A DNA stretch of 64,000 nucleotides from Methanobacteriota archaeon (GCA_020697715.1 JAEHCO010000004.1:1-64000), one strand, 5' to 3'; positions 40,545 to 50,814 are shown, numbered from the stretch's first letter. Notes: generated by a model from the letters alone, not told the origin. Program-made: numbers and translations.

Positions 40545-40788
40545 CAAATTTATATATTAGAGGAAGGAACGTCGTAAAATCTATTAAGTATTTTCAAGAG
40601 CGTGTTTAACTGCGTTAATGTCGCTTTTTCTATTATGAGAGTTACACAAATAATTGGTAACTCTATTAAATCCAACTCAAGCCGATATGTGCATCAAAGC
40701 TTGAGAATGATTTAATAAAGACGATAATTATAAAAAGCATCAAATGAATATAGGGTTGGGATGCGATATCCCAAAGGATGGGACAAAT

Positions 40789-41361
40789 ATGGCGAAGACA
40801 TTGCCAAAATATCTAAAAGAGCGCGAGATACAGAAATTACTAAATGCACCGGATCGGAACAATATAAGAGATAGATTGATCCTTCGAATCCTTTACAGGT
40901 GTGGATTAAGAGTTTCAGAGCTTGCTAACCTGAGAATAGAGAATATCATGTTCAATGATAATGACCTGATAGTCAGGCAGGGAAAGGGCGGCAAGGATCG
41001 GATAGTGCCTGTCGACCATTATACACTAGATATGGTGGAGCATTTCATAAGTAATGAGAGAACTGGCGACCATTTATCAGAGACTGGCTTTCTTTTTCAA
41101 TCAGCAGTCAGTGAGAAGATCTCCACACGCCAGATAGAACGTCTTGTGGCCGAGTATGGCAAGAGAGCGGGGATAACCCAGCATGTCCACCCCCATATGC
41201 TGAGGCATTCTTTCGCAGTACATTGTCTAAAGGCTGGTATGAACTTAAGGACCGTGCAGAAGATGCTTGGACATTCGTCCCTGACCACCACACAGATATA
41301 TCTCGACATAACAGGAGATGACATCAAAGAAGACTACTTCGATCATCCACTACCTGCTTGA
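40789..41361 (+). CDS. xerA: Xer-family tyrosine recombinase, catalytic domain only (~190 aa)
   Basis: LPKYL, GLRVSE (R), GKGGKDR (K), HPHMLRHSFA (HxxR), LGH (H), TTQIY (Y); the symbol is tentative because the N-terminal domain is absent. Confidence 0.85.
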   Translation: MAKTLPKYLKEREIQKLLNAPDRNNIRDRLILRILYRCGLRVSELANLRIENIMFNDNDLIVRQGKGGKDRIVPVDHYTLDMVEHFISNERTGDHLSETGFLFQSAVSEKISTRQIERLVAEYGKRAGITQHVHPHMLRHSFAVHCLKAGMNLRTVQKMLGHSSLTTTQIYLDITGDDIKEDYFDHPLPA

Positions 41362-41499
41362 TAAATTATTGTGCTTTAATAAATAACCGAGTAAGCATAT
41401 CATAATTATTAATTAAGCACAATGCTTAACAATACTGCCGATGTCAAAATTTGAAACATTATTTAATCAATGTGTGATTTACCAACCAGTGTTGATAAT

Positions 41500-42786
41500 A
41501 TGGAATCCTTGAAGATCACCAATGCATGGATAGTGACGCAGAACCTGCATAGAGAATTGATAAAAGGAGATATTCTCATAGAAGATGGCAGGATAAGTGC
41601 CATTGGATCTGTTGCACCCGCAGACACAGAAATAGATGGCTCAGGATGTGCCATAATACCAGGCCTTATCAATCTCCACACACACATCTCCATGACCCTC
41701 ATGAGAGGAATAGCGGATGATGTACATCTGGATGCCTTCCTGAACAAGACATTTGAAGTGGATGGTCGACGTACCAGAGAAGACGTTCGATTGGGAACTG
41801 AACTGGGAACTATCGAAATGTTGAAAGGAGGCACGACATCTTTCCTAGACCTATATTATTTCCAGGATGAGATAGCAAAGGCCACCGAGGCCTCAGGCAT
41901 GCGAGGGTTCCTTGGTTGGGCGGTTCTGGATGAAGAGTTCACCACCCAGAAAGGAAATCCAGTTGACAATGCCGCAAGGTTCATCTCCGAGCACAAGAGC
42001 AAGGAAAGGATATATCCGCTCCCAGCTCCACAAGGCGTGTACGTGTGCGATGAGGAGACCTACAGCAGAACACAGGAGCTTGCTGTCAAAGAAGATACTT
42101 TGACCCACACCCATCTTTCAGAAACAAGAATGGAAGTGTATGAGCATGAGAAGAAATATGGAAAAAGACCCGTGCACTGGTTGGATGATATCGGCTTCTT
42201 ATCGGACAGATTGATAGCAGCTCATTGCGGTTGGGTTACCATAAATGAAGTTCGAGCTTTGGCAAATAAAGGAGCCAAAGTAGCGCATTGTCCAGTATCC
42301 AATATGAAGCTGGCAACAGGCGGTGTCGCACCACTTCCAGAGATGTTCAACAATGACATTATCGTCGGACTTGGCACAGACGGATCCTCGTCCAATAATG
42401 GATTGGATATGTTCTGCGAGATGAAGACCTGTGCGCTATTGCACAAGGCCCATAGATGGGACGCGACCGTTCTTCCGGCCCAGAAAGTACTTGATATGGC
42501 CACGATAGATGGAGCGAAGGCTCTTAGAATGGATAAAGAGATTGGCAGTATCGAGATAGGTAAAAAGGCAGATCTGGCGATCATCGATCTGAACCAGGCG
42601 AACATGATACCCGCCGTAAAGGAGAATATCATATCTCACTTGGTCTATTCATGCCAATCGAACAATGTGAGAGATTTGTTGATAGATGGAAGGATCATCA
42701 TGCAAAATAGAGTCTTGAAAACATTAGATGAGAATGACATAAAAGATAGATCACAAGTAATTGGGCAGAAGCTTATTGAAGGTTGA
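41500..42786 (+). CDS. mtaD: Amidohydrolase, 5-methylthioadenosine/SAH/5'-deoxyadenosine deaminase family
   Basis: PGLINLHTH, HTHLSET, AAHC, HCPVSNMKLA.G, GLGTDG.SSNN.LDMF, GSIE.GKKAD. Confidence 0.85.
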   Translation: MESLKITNAWIVTQNLHRELIKGDILIEDGRISAIGSVAPADTEIDGSGCAIIPGLINLHTHISMTLMRGIADDVHLDAFLNKTFEVDGRRTREDVRLGTELGTIEMLKGGTTSFLDLYYFQDEIAKATEASGMRGFLGWAVLDEEFTTQKGNPVDNAARFISEHKSKERIYPLPAPQGVYVCDEETYSRTQELAVKEDTLTHTHLSETRMEVYEHEKKYGKRPVHWLDDIGFLSDRLIAAHCGWVTINEVRALANKGAKVAHCPVSNMKLATGGVAPLPEMFNNDIIVGLGTDGSSSNNGLDMFCEMKTCALLHKAHRWDATVLPAQKVLDMATIDGAKALRMDKEIGSIEIGKKADLAIIDLNQANMIPAVKENIISHLVYSCQSNNVRDLLIDGRIIMQNRVLKTLDENDIKDRSQVIGQKLIEG

Positions 42787-43153
42787 AATTCCATTTCACC
42801 ATTGATATATCTCACAATCAAAGATTGATATTAAGATAAATATATTAATTTTAATATTTATTTATATCAAACTACTGGTACATTAATAATTATAATTATA
42901 TATTATTATTTATATTGATACAGTACATATTATGTGTTGATATAAAACAGATATAATATCGCATACAATATATTATTAAATATATAATTATTAAATAATT
43001 TATAACAATATATATTATAAATTGATTTTAAATAATGTCCTCACACTGTACAAACTTATATATACACTCTAAGATATTATACTGCCAGTGGGAAACTGGA
43101 CGGGGAAAAAGATACATGTTCCACGCCTGAAGGGGCCCAGAAGGAGTAGGATC

Positions 43154-45352
43154 ATGAAACACAGCCATATCAGAATAATAGTATCAATACTTCTAGCACT
43201 TGCTTTCACCTTCACTTTCACCCCTGGAAACACATCCGCCTCATGGGACAGATTGGAATTGATACCCAGCAGATACACAGGCAATACCACTTATGTACCA
43301 GGCGAGACCATTGAGATGATATTACATGCAAGCCCGGAAGATGTATACAATCTAACAATAGTGACCCCGGGAAGCGAGAACCCACTTGTGAATAATTTTA
43401 AAATAGGTGAGGATGGAAAAGCAAGACTCACATACCAAATAGGTGACACAACCCCAGATGGAACATATATGATCCGGGTATGGCAAACGGGAACGATCGT
43501 TGATGAAGTTCCCTACCAGGTCCAATCATACACCCTGAGCATAGAAACGGACAGAAGTGCTTATCTGGTAGGAGATGAGATCAAAATATTCTGGACTGCC
43601 AATCACCTTAAGGATCAGACCCTACCACCTGATGGTTACCTTGTAATTAGGATATGGAATGACACAGGCATGCTGGAGGAGAAAGATTTCGAAAGTCCAG
43701 CAGGAAGCACTTCTTTCGAGATTCGCAACACTTTTGACAAAACAGCAAATTACTGGGTTGATGGATGGTTCAATGATACGCAGGCCTTTGCAAAGCGACA
43801 TCAATATTCAAGGGCAAATTTCACAATCCAATCACTGGGAGTGCAGGTGGATCTTGACAAGACCCAATATTCACTTGGCTCTCTCATGTTCATAGATGTC
43901 CAGACATTTGTAGGAAATGAGTCCGCATCCTATGGGGTCGCAGAGCCCGAATGCACACTGGACATTAAAATATTCAAGAAAACAGATCACAGCTATGTAT
44001 TAAGTTCCGCAGAGGGATTGACCACGGATTCCCACGGAAGTCTCAGGCATATCCTTATACTGGACAATGACCCGAGTGCGAATGTGGAGTATATCAATGG
44101 CACAGAATATGAAGTGGAGATCTCTGCATACAAATGGGATAAAGCTCTGAACAGCAATATAAAAACAGCCTCATTCAAAATATCTCAATTTCCTTCCATA
44201 ACCCTGGTTCTAAGTCTTGACAAAGATGAATATGTCAGTGGGGAGACACTCTTTCTAAATGTCAGTGCTGTTGCTTCTGGACTTGGCCCAGTTAGTTCCT
44301 TCACCTACATATACGAAGTAAGAGATGGAGATGGCCAGGGCAATCTATTCTCAAGAGACACAAAGACCTCATACGAATTCTCATACTCCATCCTTGATGA
44401 TTTCAAAGGATGGTTATGGCTCCAGGTGACAGTGGATGATGGGCAAGGGAACAGAGTGAATATCACGAAGCTCGTCAAAGTGGACTATGCCATCGTGCTC
44501 GTAAATGCAGATCGAGCAAGTTACCTGGCAGAGGACACCATAGAGATCACATATGAAGTGGTAAGCACTCTGATGACCAGGCCAAAAGTATTCTACACCA
44601 TCACTGATGCAGACAGTTCGGTCGTCGCAGAAGGAATAGCCACAGGAGGAAGTTTCAGTTTCATAGTTCCAGATGTTCCATCTCAAAGATACATATTCAA
44701 TGTGTATGCGAGTCAAGATGGGATAATCGCACATGGAGATCATTCTTCAGACCTATTCACAGGATATCTTCTCAAATTGGAATTCAATAGAGGTTCCTAT
44801 TCTCCAGGAAATACAATGGCAATAGATTATGAGATAATTCCACAAGGTCAGTCAAGAATACCATCCACCTTCGTTATAACCTATGGCCTGGTGAATGGCC
44901 AGGAATTAACATACCACACACAATCCAGCACAGGAAGATTGATTTACAAGATCCCTGAGGATATTGATGAGGGTGACCAGGTCTTCTATGCCACATCGGA
45001 CATAGGTGGATCAACTAGTGAGATCATCACGATAGATGATGGAAATAATCCACTCTGGTACAATACGATATTCGGCATACCTATCTTGACCTTCTTCATG
45101 CTTGTTCTAGTCCTATTATGCACCTTCATGGTAATGAGACAGAGAAAGGCAATTAATAATCTGAAATACAATAAGATATTGGACAATAATAACTGGACGG
45201 GACCTAGCAAGAGAAGTGGCACATCACCCACATCAGGATCCGCATCTATCGTCAACTGTGATAGTTGTGAGAAACCAATTGAGGTGACCACTTCCAGGCG
45301 ACCGATAGAGGTCATGTGTCCACATTGCGGAGAGATCGAGAAGCTGGAGTAA
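43154..45352 (+). CDS. Membrane-anchored surface protein with macroglobulin (MG)-like Ig repeats and a cytoplasmic zinc ribbon
   Basis: Signal peptide after SD AGGAG; repeats TDRSAYLVGD, LDKTQYSLG, LDKDEYVSGE, ADRASYLAED, FNRGSYSPG; TM; CDSC...CPHC. Confidence 0.75.
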   Translation: MKHSHIRIIVSILLALAFTFTFTPGNTSASWDRLELIPSRYTGNTTYVPGETIEMILHASPEDVYNLTIVTPGSENPLVNNFKIGEDGKARLTYQIGDTTPDGTYMIRVWQTGTIVDEVPYQVQSYTLSIETDRSAYLVGDEIKIFWTANHLKDQTLPPDGYLVIRIWNDTGMLEEKDFESPAGSTSFEIRNTFDKTANYWVDGWFNDTQAFAKRHQYSRANFTIQSLGVQVDLDKTQYSLGSLMFIDVQTFVGNESASYGVAEPECTLDIKIFKKTDHSYVLSSAEGLTTDSHGSLRHILILDNDPSANVEYINGTEYEVEISAYKWDKALNSNIKTASFKISQFPSITLVLSLDKDEYVSGETLFLNVSAVASGLGPVSSFTYIYEVRDGDGQGNLFSRDTKTSYEFSYSILDDFKGWLWLQVTVDDGQGNRVNITKLVKVDYAIVLVNADRASYLAEDTIEITYEVVSTLMTRPKVFYTITDADSSVVAEGIATGGSFSFIVPDVPSQRYIFNVYASQDGIIAHGDHSSDLFTGYLLKLEFNRGSYSPGNTMAIDYEIIPQGQSRIPSTFVITYGLVNGQELTYHTQSSTGRLIYKIPEDIDEGDQVFYATSDIGGSTSEIITIDDGNNPLWYNTIFGIPILTFFMLVLVLLCTFMVMRQRKAINNLKYNKILDNNNWTGPSKRSGTSPTSGSASIVNCDSCEKPIEVTTSRRPIEVMCPHCGEIEKLE

Positions 45353-46513
45353 TTACCCCAATAACCCTTTCTTCTCTGCTTCTGCTATCCTCGAAACCCC
45401 ATCTTTTATAATTTCTCTGGATGCGGCATAGGATATTCTTATGTGATCATCCACCGAACTTCCGAAAGCAGATCCAGGTGTTGTCGCGACCTTGGCCTCA
45501 GTGAGCATGGCCTCGGCGAATTCCATTGAATTGAAGGATGATTTGAATTTTGGGAACAGATAGAATGCTCCTTCCGGTTTGGCACATGTAAAACTATCCA
45601 GCTCATTCAAAAGACCATGCATGAGATCACGGCGAGCCTTGAACTCGGTGACCATCCCTTGTACATCATCTGCGGAGTTTTCCAATGCATCGATCCCCGC
45701 CAATTGTATGAATGGCGGGATACAGGTTATAGAATGCTGCTGCACCTTGGATATTTCCTTTAATAGCATCGGTGGAGCTATGAGCCAGCCAGCCCTCCAG
45801 CCAGTCATCGCATAGGCCTTGGAAAGACCATTGATGGTGACAGTGCGCTCGAACATCCCATCGAAGGATGCTATGGAATGGTGCTTCCCCTCGTACAATA
45901 TCTTTTGATAGATCTCATCAGCCAGAACTATTAGATCATGGTCCTTTGCAAGATCAGCGATGCCTCTCAGCTCGGCCTCGCTCATGACTATCCCTGTAGG
46001 ATTGCTAGGAGTATTGACGATGATCATCTTTGTCTTGGGAGTTATGGCCTCCGCTATTGCCTCGGGTGTGAAATGCAGTTCGCTCTTTGAAGAATCTACA
46101 AAGACAGATTTAGCGCCATTTATAGCCGCACAGGGCTCATAACTGACCCAGGAGGGGTCCTGCATGATGACCTCGTCGCCAGGGTCCAGAAGTGCAGTGC
46201 AGGTCATGTACAGAGTGTGCTTGGTAGGAGCCACGATGATATTGCTGAGATCGCAAGGAATACCATTCTTCCCCTCACTCTTGGCAATGGCCTCGCGAAA
46301 CTGAGGCAGACCACTGGAAGGAGCATAATGGGTCCATCCATCATCCAATGCCTTTTTTGCCACTTCACGAATATGTGCCGGCGTGTCAAAATCTGGCTCG
46401 CCCACTGTGAAAGATATGATATCTTCCCCGGCTGCTTTCATCTCTGCCACCTTATTTCCCAATGCGACCGTTGGTGATGGCTGCACGTTCTTCATCCTGT
46501 CTGCTGTTTTCAT
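45353..46513 (-). CDS. PLP-dependent class I/II (aspartate) aminotransferase
   Basis: GEPDFDTP, NTPSNPTG, DEIY, NGLSKAYAMTGWRAG, EGAFY, PGSAFG, IRISYA; start after GGAGG. Confidence 0.93.
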   Translation of the reverse strand: MKTADRMKNVQPSPTVALGNKVAEMKAAGEDIISFTVGEPDFDTPAHIREVAKKALDDGWTHYAPSSGLPQFREAIAKSEGKNGIPCDLSNIIVAPTKHTLYMTCTALLDPGDEVIMQDPSWVSYEPCAAINGAKSVFVDSSKSELHFTPEAIAEAITPKTKMIIVNTPSNPTGIVMSEAELRGIADLAKDHDLIVLADEIYQKILYEGKHHSIASFDGMFERTVTINGLSKAYAMTGWRAGWLIAPPMLLKEISKVQQHSITCIPPFIQLAGIDALENSADDVQGMVTEFKARRDLMHGLLNELDSFTCAKPEGAFYLFPKFKSSFNSMEFAEAMLTEAKVATTPGSAFGSSVDDHIRISYAASREIIKDGVSRIAEAEKKGLLG

Positions 46514-46607
46514 CTTATTTCCTCCCTTACTTTCTCCCATCTCAATCATTATTTATGTGTTTATTTATATTATTATATATTTATTATATTTGTTAAATTA
46601 ATTATAT

Positions 46608-48302
46608 TTATTTATGCGCGAAGTAACCCTCCAGACCATGATCGGTCTTTTCAAGTTTGAGGAAACCAAATCTCTCAAACTGTACCACTTTACCAACCGA
46701 ATCAAGTGCACCATATTCCACAATGCCCTGCCTGGTCTCGCCATCAGGCATGTTCACTCTCACCTCGTGATATTGACTACCCACCCAGTGGATTATTCGA
46801 GCTCCTTTCTTGATCACATCCAGGTCATTACCCAGATACTTGAATTGTTTTTCACCCAGATATTCCATATTTCCAAGGTCCTTGAATCGGATAAGATCGC
46901 CAGGCTTTGCACTTACCAGGTCTTCTGCGGTTATATTCAGATAGATGAAGCCATTTTCATCGGCTTCATGAGTGGTCTCCCGATAACCAGCATCGGGGTC
47001 ATCTGGCAATAGAGAGCATTTGCCTTTCAGTATCTCGGCCCCACTTATTCGCACAACCTCGGGATCCCAGACAAAGAAGAACCTGTGAGCGATAGGGTCT
47101 ATGATGGTCTTATTGTAGGCAAATAGATTCTCCCATGCGAATTTTATATCAACGGCTTTGATGCCAACCTCCACCCAGTAATTGCGAATGGCCCCAGGTT
47201 GTATTCCTCGACGAGCCAGGGATGCGACGGTTCCCAGGCGCGGATCATCCCAACCGGTGTATTTTCCCTCTGCGATGGCGACCTTGATCTGCCTGGTGCT
47301 CAATACCGTGTCATCGATACTGACCCAGCCATAGTGATAGAACTTTGGCTTTTCCCATCCCAGGTGATCGTACACATATTCCTGACGGATAGTATTATTG
47401 AGATGATCCTTGCCCCTGAGCACATGCGACATTTCCATTAAGTGATCGTCAATAGCGACTGAATAATTATATAATGGATAGACAATATAATTATCTCCAA
47501 CCATGGGATGAATATCATCCAGCAGCCTCAAGGCCACGAAATCCCGCACCGCGGGGTTTGGATGTTCAATATCTGTCTTCACCACCATGGAGATATCACC
47601 TGGCCGGAAGTTTCCGGCCAGCATTTTATCGAACAATTGTAGATTGTCATCCACATCTGAATCCCGATGCTCGCAAGCCGTTTTATTATCCTTCAGTTCA
47701 CGCCATTGCTCGGATTCACACTGGCACATATACGCCGCGCCTTTTTCAATGAGCTGGCGCGCATATTCATAGTAGGTCTCAAAGCGATCACTTTGATTGA
47801 TGACCTCATGGTATTCGACCTCCAAAAAATCCAGGTCCTTGAGTATCATGTCATACGCTTCGGGCATGATCGTATCTGGATTGGTGTCCTCCAGTCTCAC
47901 AATGAGCTTGCCACCATATCGCTTGACATATTCATCATTCAATATCGCCATTCGAGTATGGCCGATATGTAGAGGGCCAGATGGATTGGGAGCCAGGCGC
48001 ATGACAACCCCACCCTCTGCTCCTTCGATGTCTTCCAATCGAAGGATCCTTTCTTTCTTTTCCTTCACGAGAAGTTCCGGAGCCAGCTCCTCAAGTGCCT
48101 TTTGCTGTTCCTCCGCACTCATCTTATTGATTTCAGCCAGAACCTTTCCAACTATCTGGCCGACCTCTTTCGCCTGCTTCTTGAGGTCGGGGTTCTTTCC
48201 CAGGATCATACCGATTATTGGGCCAGCATTGGCACTGCCACCATGTTGCAATGCATTGTTCAGTCCGAATTTACGGGCCATATCTTCAATATCCTGGGTC
48301 AT
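46608..48302 (-). CDS. gltX: Glutamyl-tRNA synthetase (archaeal type)
   Basis: NALQHGG N-terminus, RLAPNPSGPLHIGH, SHVLRGKDH, GWDDPRL.T, QFERFGF. Confidence 0.97.
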   Translation of the reverse strand: MTQDIEDMARKFGLNNALQHGGSANAGPIIGMILGKNPDLKKQAKEVGQIVGKVLAEINKMSAEEQQKALEELAPELLVKEKKERILRLEDIEGAEGGVVMRLAPNPSGPLHIGHTRMAILNDEYVKRYGGKLIVRLEDTNPDTIMPEAYDMILKDLDFLEVEYHEVINQSDRFETYYEYARQLIEKGAAYMCQCESEQWRELKDNKTACEHRDSDVDDNLQLFDKMLAGNFRPGDISMVVKTDIEHPNPAVRDFVALRLLDDIHPMVGDNYIVYPLYNYSVAIDDHLMEMSHVLRGKDHLNNTIRQEYVYDHLGWEKPKFYHYGWVSIDDTVLSTRQIKVAIAEGKYTGWDDPRLGTVASLARRGIQPGAIRNYWVEVGIKAVDIKFAWENLFAYNKTIIDPIAHRFFFVWDPEVVRISGAEILKGKCSLLPDDPDAGYRETTHEADENGFIYLNITAEDLVSAKPGDLIRFKDLGNMEYLGEKQFKYLGNDLDVIKKGARIIHWVGSQYHEVRVNMPDGETRQGIVEYGALDSVGKVVQFERFGFLKLEKTDHGLEGYFAHK

Positions 48303-48362
48303 TGTCCGGGTATCGATGAGTTGGTATTAAAACTTGATGGGATTTTTGATATAATCAATACG

Positions 48363-48761
48363 TCAATAATCCTTCTTATCGTCTATGACGCCTCTCACAC
48401 CACCGCGAGGCTTGTCCGTATCTCCCTCGCGCCTTGGTATCAGATGGATATGTGCATGCATAACAGTTTGACCTGCGACCAAGCCAGTATTTGTTCCAGC
48501 ATTGAAGCCCTTAATACTGGGATCATCTGCCAGCATCTTGTTCCTCAACTGGATGAGAAGAGTGTCAGCATCCAGCCTCTCCTGTGATGTCATCTCGAAA
48601 TAATTATCCACGTGGCGCTTCGGGATTATCAAAAGATGACCTTCTGACACAGGGAATATGTCCTTTATCGCGATCACAAGGCCATGCTCGGCCACCCTGC
48701 AGCCAGTTACCTCTGGAGAGCAGAATACACAGTCTTCTTTTGATCCTGTATCTTGGGTCAT
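48363..48761 (-). CDS. HIT family hydrolase
   Basis: CVFC, FPVSEGHLLIIPKRH, AGQTVMHAHIHLIPRR.GD. Confidence 0.92.
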   Translation of the reverse strand: MTQDTGSKEDCVFCSPEVTGCRVAEHGLVIAIKDIFPVSEGHLLIIPKRHVDNYFEMTSQERLDADTLLIQLRNKMLADDPSIKGFNAGTNTGLVAGQTVMHAHIHLIPRREGDTDKPRGGVRGVIDDKKDY

Positions 48762-48873
48762 GTGATTGGTATTGTGAAGAAGGTATTAAAAACTGGCGGA
48801 TATCCGAGTATTTCAATTCAAAATGTTGATTTCTGCCACAAATCCTTAATATAGATTCACATATGGTATCCTC

Positions 48874-49101
48874 ATGTGCTTGGCAGTACCCGGAAAAGTC
48901 ATCACACTTGATGATGCGATCGCTAGAGTGGATTTCGGCTCTGGCGTGATAAGAGATGTGAACATGTCAATGTTGGAAGTCGAGATCGGCGATTACGTGA
49001 TAGTTCACGCTGGCTTCGCCATCCAGAAGGTGGATGAAAAAGAGGCAAAGGAGACCCTGAAGCTCTTTGAGGAATTGATGGAGAAGGCCAATAAAGAATG
49101 A
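48874..49101 (+). CDS. hypC: Hydrogenase maturation chaperone HypC
   Basis: MCLAVPGKV, GDYVIVHAGFAI. Confidence 0.96.
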   Translation: MCLAVPGKVITLDDAIARVDFGSGVIRDVNMSMLEVEIGDYVIVHAGFAIQKVDEKEAKETLKLFEELMEKANKE

Positions 49102-49160
49102 ACGGGTCATATTTATATATTTAAAATATAAAAATAATTATATTATAATGAGGGGATAAA

Positions 49161-49571
49161 ATGCACGAGTTCGCGGTTGTTGAAGGGATCGTCAAGGCAG
49201 TTCTGGAGGAAGCTGGTAAGCATGGGAAGGTCATCCGAATAGAAGAAGTCTATTTGGAGGTAGGCGACCTGGCCTTTCTGAACTCCGCCCAACTTATATT
49301 TGCCTTTGATGCACTCAAGAAAAACACACTGCTGGCCAAAGCTCAGCTATTGATCGCCAACATGGTGGCAAATGTCAGGTGCAAAGATTGTGGATATACT
49401 GGGCCTATGGATCCTCCAGATGATGAATTTCATTATGCATCACCCATCATCATGTGCCCGAAATGCAATGGAGCCGTTGATATTCTGAATGGAAGACAGT
49501 GCACGGTACGCAATGTCAGGCTCATAGTAGATGATGACGACGAAAATGATGAAATAAAGGAGGGTGAGTAA
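49161..49571 (+). CDS. hypA: Hydrogenase nickel metallochaperone HypA
   Basis: MHE N-terminus, CKDC and CPKC. Confidence 0.95.
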   Translation: MHEFAVVEGIVKAVLEEAGKHGKVIRIEEVYLEVGDLAFLNSAQLIFAFDALKKNTLLAKAQLLIANMVANVRCKDCGYTGPMDPPDDEFHYASPIIMCPKCNGAVDILNGRQCTVRNVRLIVDDDDENDEIKEGE

Positions 49572-49572
49572 C

Positions 49573-50655
49573 ATGGCGGACTTTCAGAACAGGGACATGG
49601 CGAAAAAAGTACTGGACAAGATAAAGGACTCTGGTGTGGAAGCGAAGTTCATGCATGTATGCGGAACACACCAGGACACACTTGTACGCAATGGCCTGGA
49701 TGCCATGCTGGAAGAGACTGGCATTAGAATTCTACAGGGTCCTGGATGTCCCGTTTGTGTAACAACACCCAATGAGATAGAGGAAGCTATAAAGCTGGCC
49801 GACTCAGGAATTGTAGTAACGGTCTTCGGGGACATGATCACTGTCCCCGGCGCGAAGAGATCACTGGCTCATGCAAAAGGTGATGGCGCGGATGTTCGCA
49901 TTGTGTATTCCATAATGGATGCCATGAAAATGGCCAAAGACCAGCCTGAAAAAGACTTCATGTTCATGGGCATCGGCTTCGAGACAACGACGCCCGCAAC
50001 ATCCTTCGCATTGCTTAGCCAGCCTCCTGAGAATTTCAGCATATTATCATGCCACAGGACAGTTCCCAAGGCATTACGCGCCCTTGTGAATATGGGCGAG
50101 GTAAAATTACATGGCCTTATCGAGCCAGGCCATGTCAGCGCCATAATCGGCGAGGAGCCGTACCAATTCCTTTCTACAGAATACAATATTCCACAAGTTA
50201 TTGCTGGCTTCGAGCCCCTGGATCTGCTCATGAGCATTTACATGTTGACCCAGCAGATCAAAGAAGGCAGAGCGGAAGTTGAGAACGAATACTTCCGCGT
50301 CGTGAAGCCCGAAGGAAATCCCAAAGCCATCGAAGCAATGTCCAAGACCCTCGTCGAATGCGATGTCAAATGGCGCGGATTCCCTGTCATTCCAGAGACT
50401 GGCCTCGAAATATCAAACAAGTTCGAGGCACACAATACACGCAAGAAGTACGAAGACCTTCTTGCCCCCATCTGGGACATGGAGATAAAAGAGCCAGCAG
50501 GTTGTAAGTGCGGCGAGATATTACGCGGCATAATGGAACCACAGGATTGTCCATTATTCGGCAAGGCGTGCAAGCCAGGGAACCCGGTTGGACCTTGCAT
50601 GGTGAGCTTTGAGGGCGGATGTGCGATTGCGTATAAATATGGGAAGAGGCAATAG
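49573..50655 (+). CDS. hypD: Hydrogenase maturation protein HypD
   Basis: MHVCGTH, GPGCPVCVT, GFETT.P, PGHVS, GFEP, GPCMVS.EG.C; alternative GTG start at 49564. Confidence 0.96.
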   Translation: MADFQNRDMAKKVLDKIKDSGVEAKFMHVCGTHQDTLVRNGLDAMLEETGIRILQGPGCPVCVTTPNEIEEAIKLADSGIVVTVFGDMITVPGAKRSLAHAKGDGADVRIVYSIMDAMKMAKDQPEKDFMFMGIGFETTTPATSFALLSQPPENFSILSCHRTVPKALRALVNMGEVKLHGLIEPGHVSAIIGEEPYQFLSTEYNIPQVIAGFEPLDLLMSIYMLTQQIKEGRAEVENEYFRVVKPEGNPKAIEAMSKTLVECDVKWRGFPVIPETGLEISNKFEAHNTRKKYEDLLAPIWDMEIKEPAGCKCGEILRGIMEPQDCPLFGKACKPGNPVGPCMVSFEGGCAIAYKYGKRQ

Positions 50656-50814
50656 AACATAGCCCGTAAGCGAATATTATTGATGTGCCAGTTAAGCGTT
50701 AGGGCGTATGTGCTATAGCTTATAAATATGGGAAAAGGAATGAGTAACATAGCTAAAATAGCTTTGCTGGCCTACCCCAACATATCAATTGTGTGATAAA
50801 TATATAAATATCAA

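Noticed and set aside
40041-42786. Integrated mobile element or provirus defined by the tyrosine recombinase
   Set aside because: No tRNA, att direct repeats, replication, capsid or cargo genes seen; the flanks are housekeeping-type genes.
45347-45358. Abutting convergent stop codons (TAATTA) as a special signal
   Set aside because: A common outcome of compact gene packing, with no further structure.
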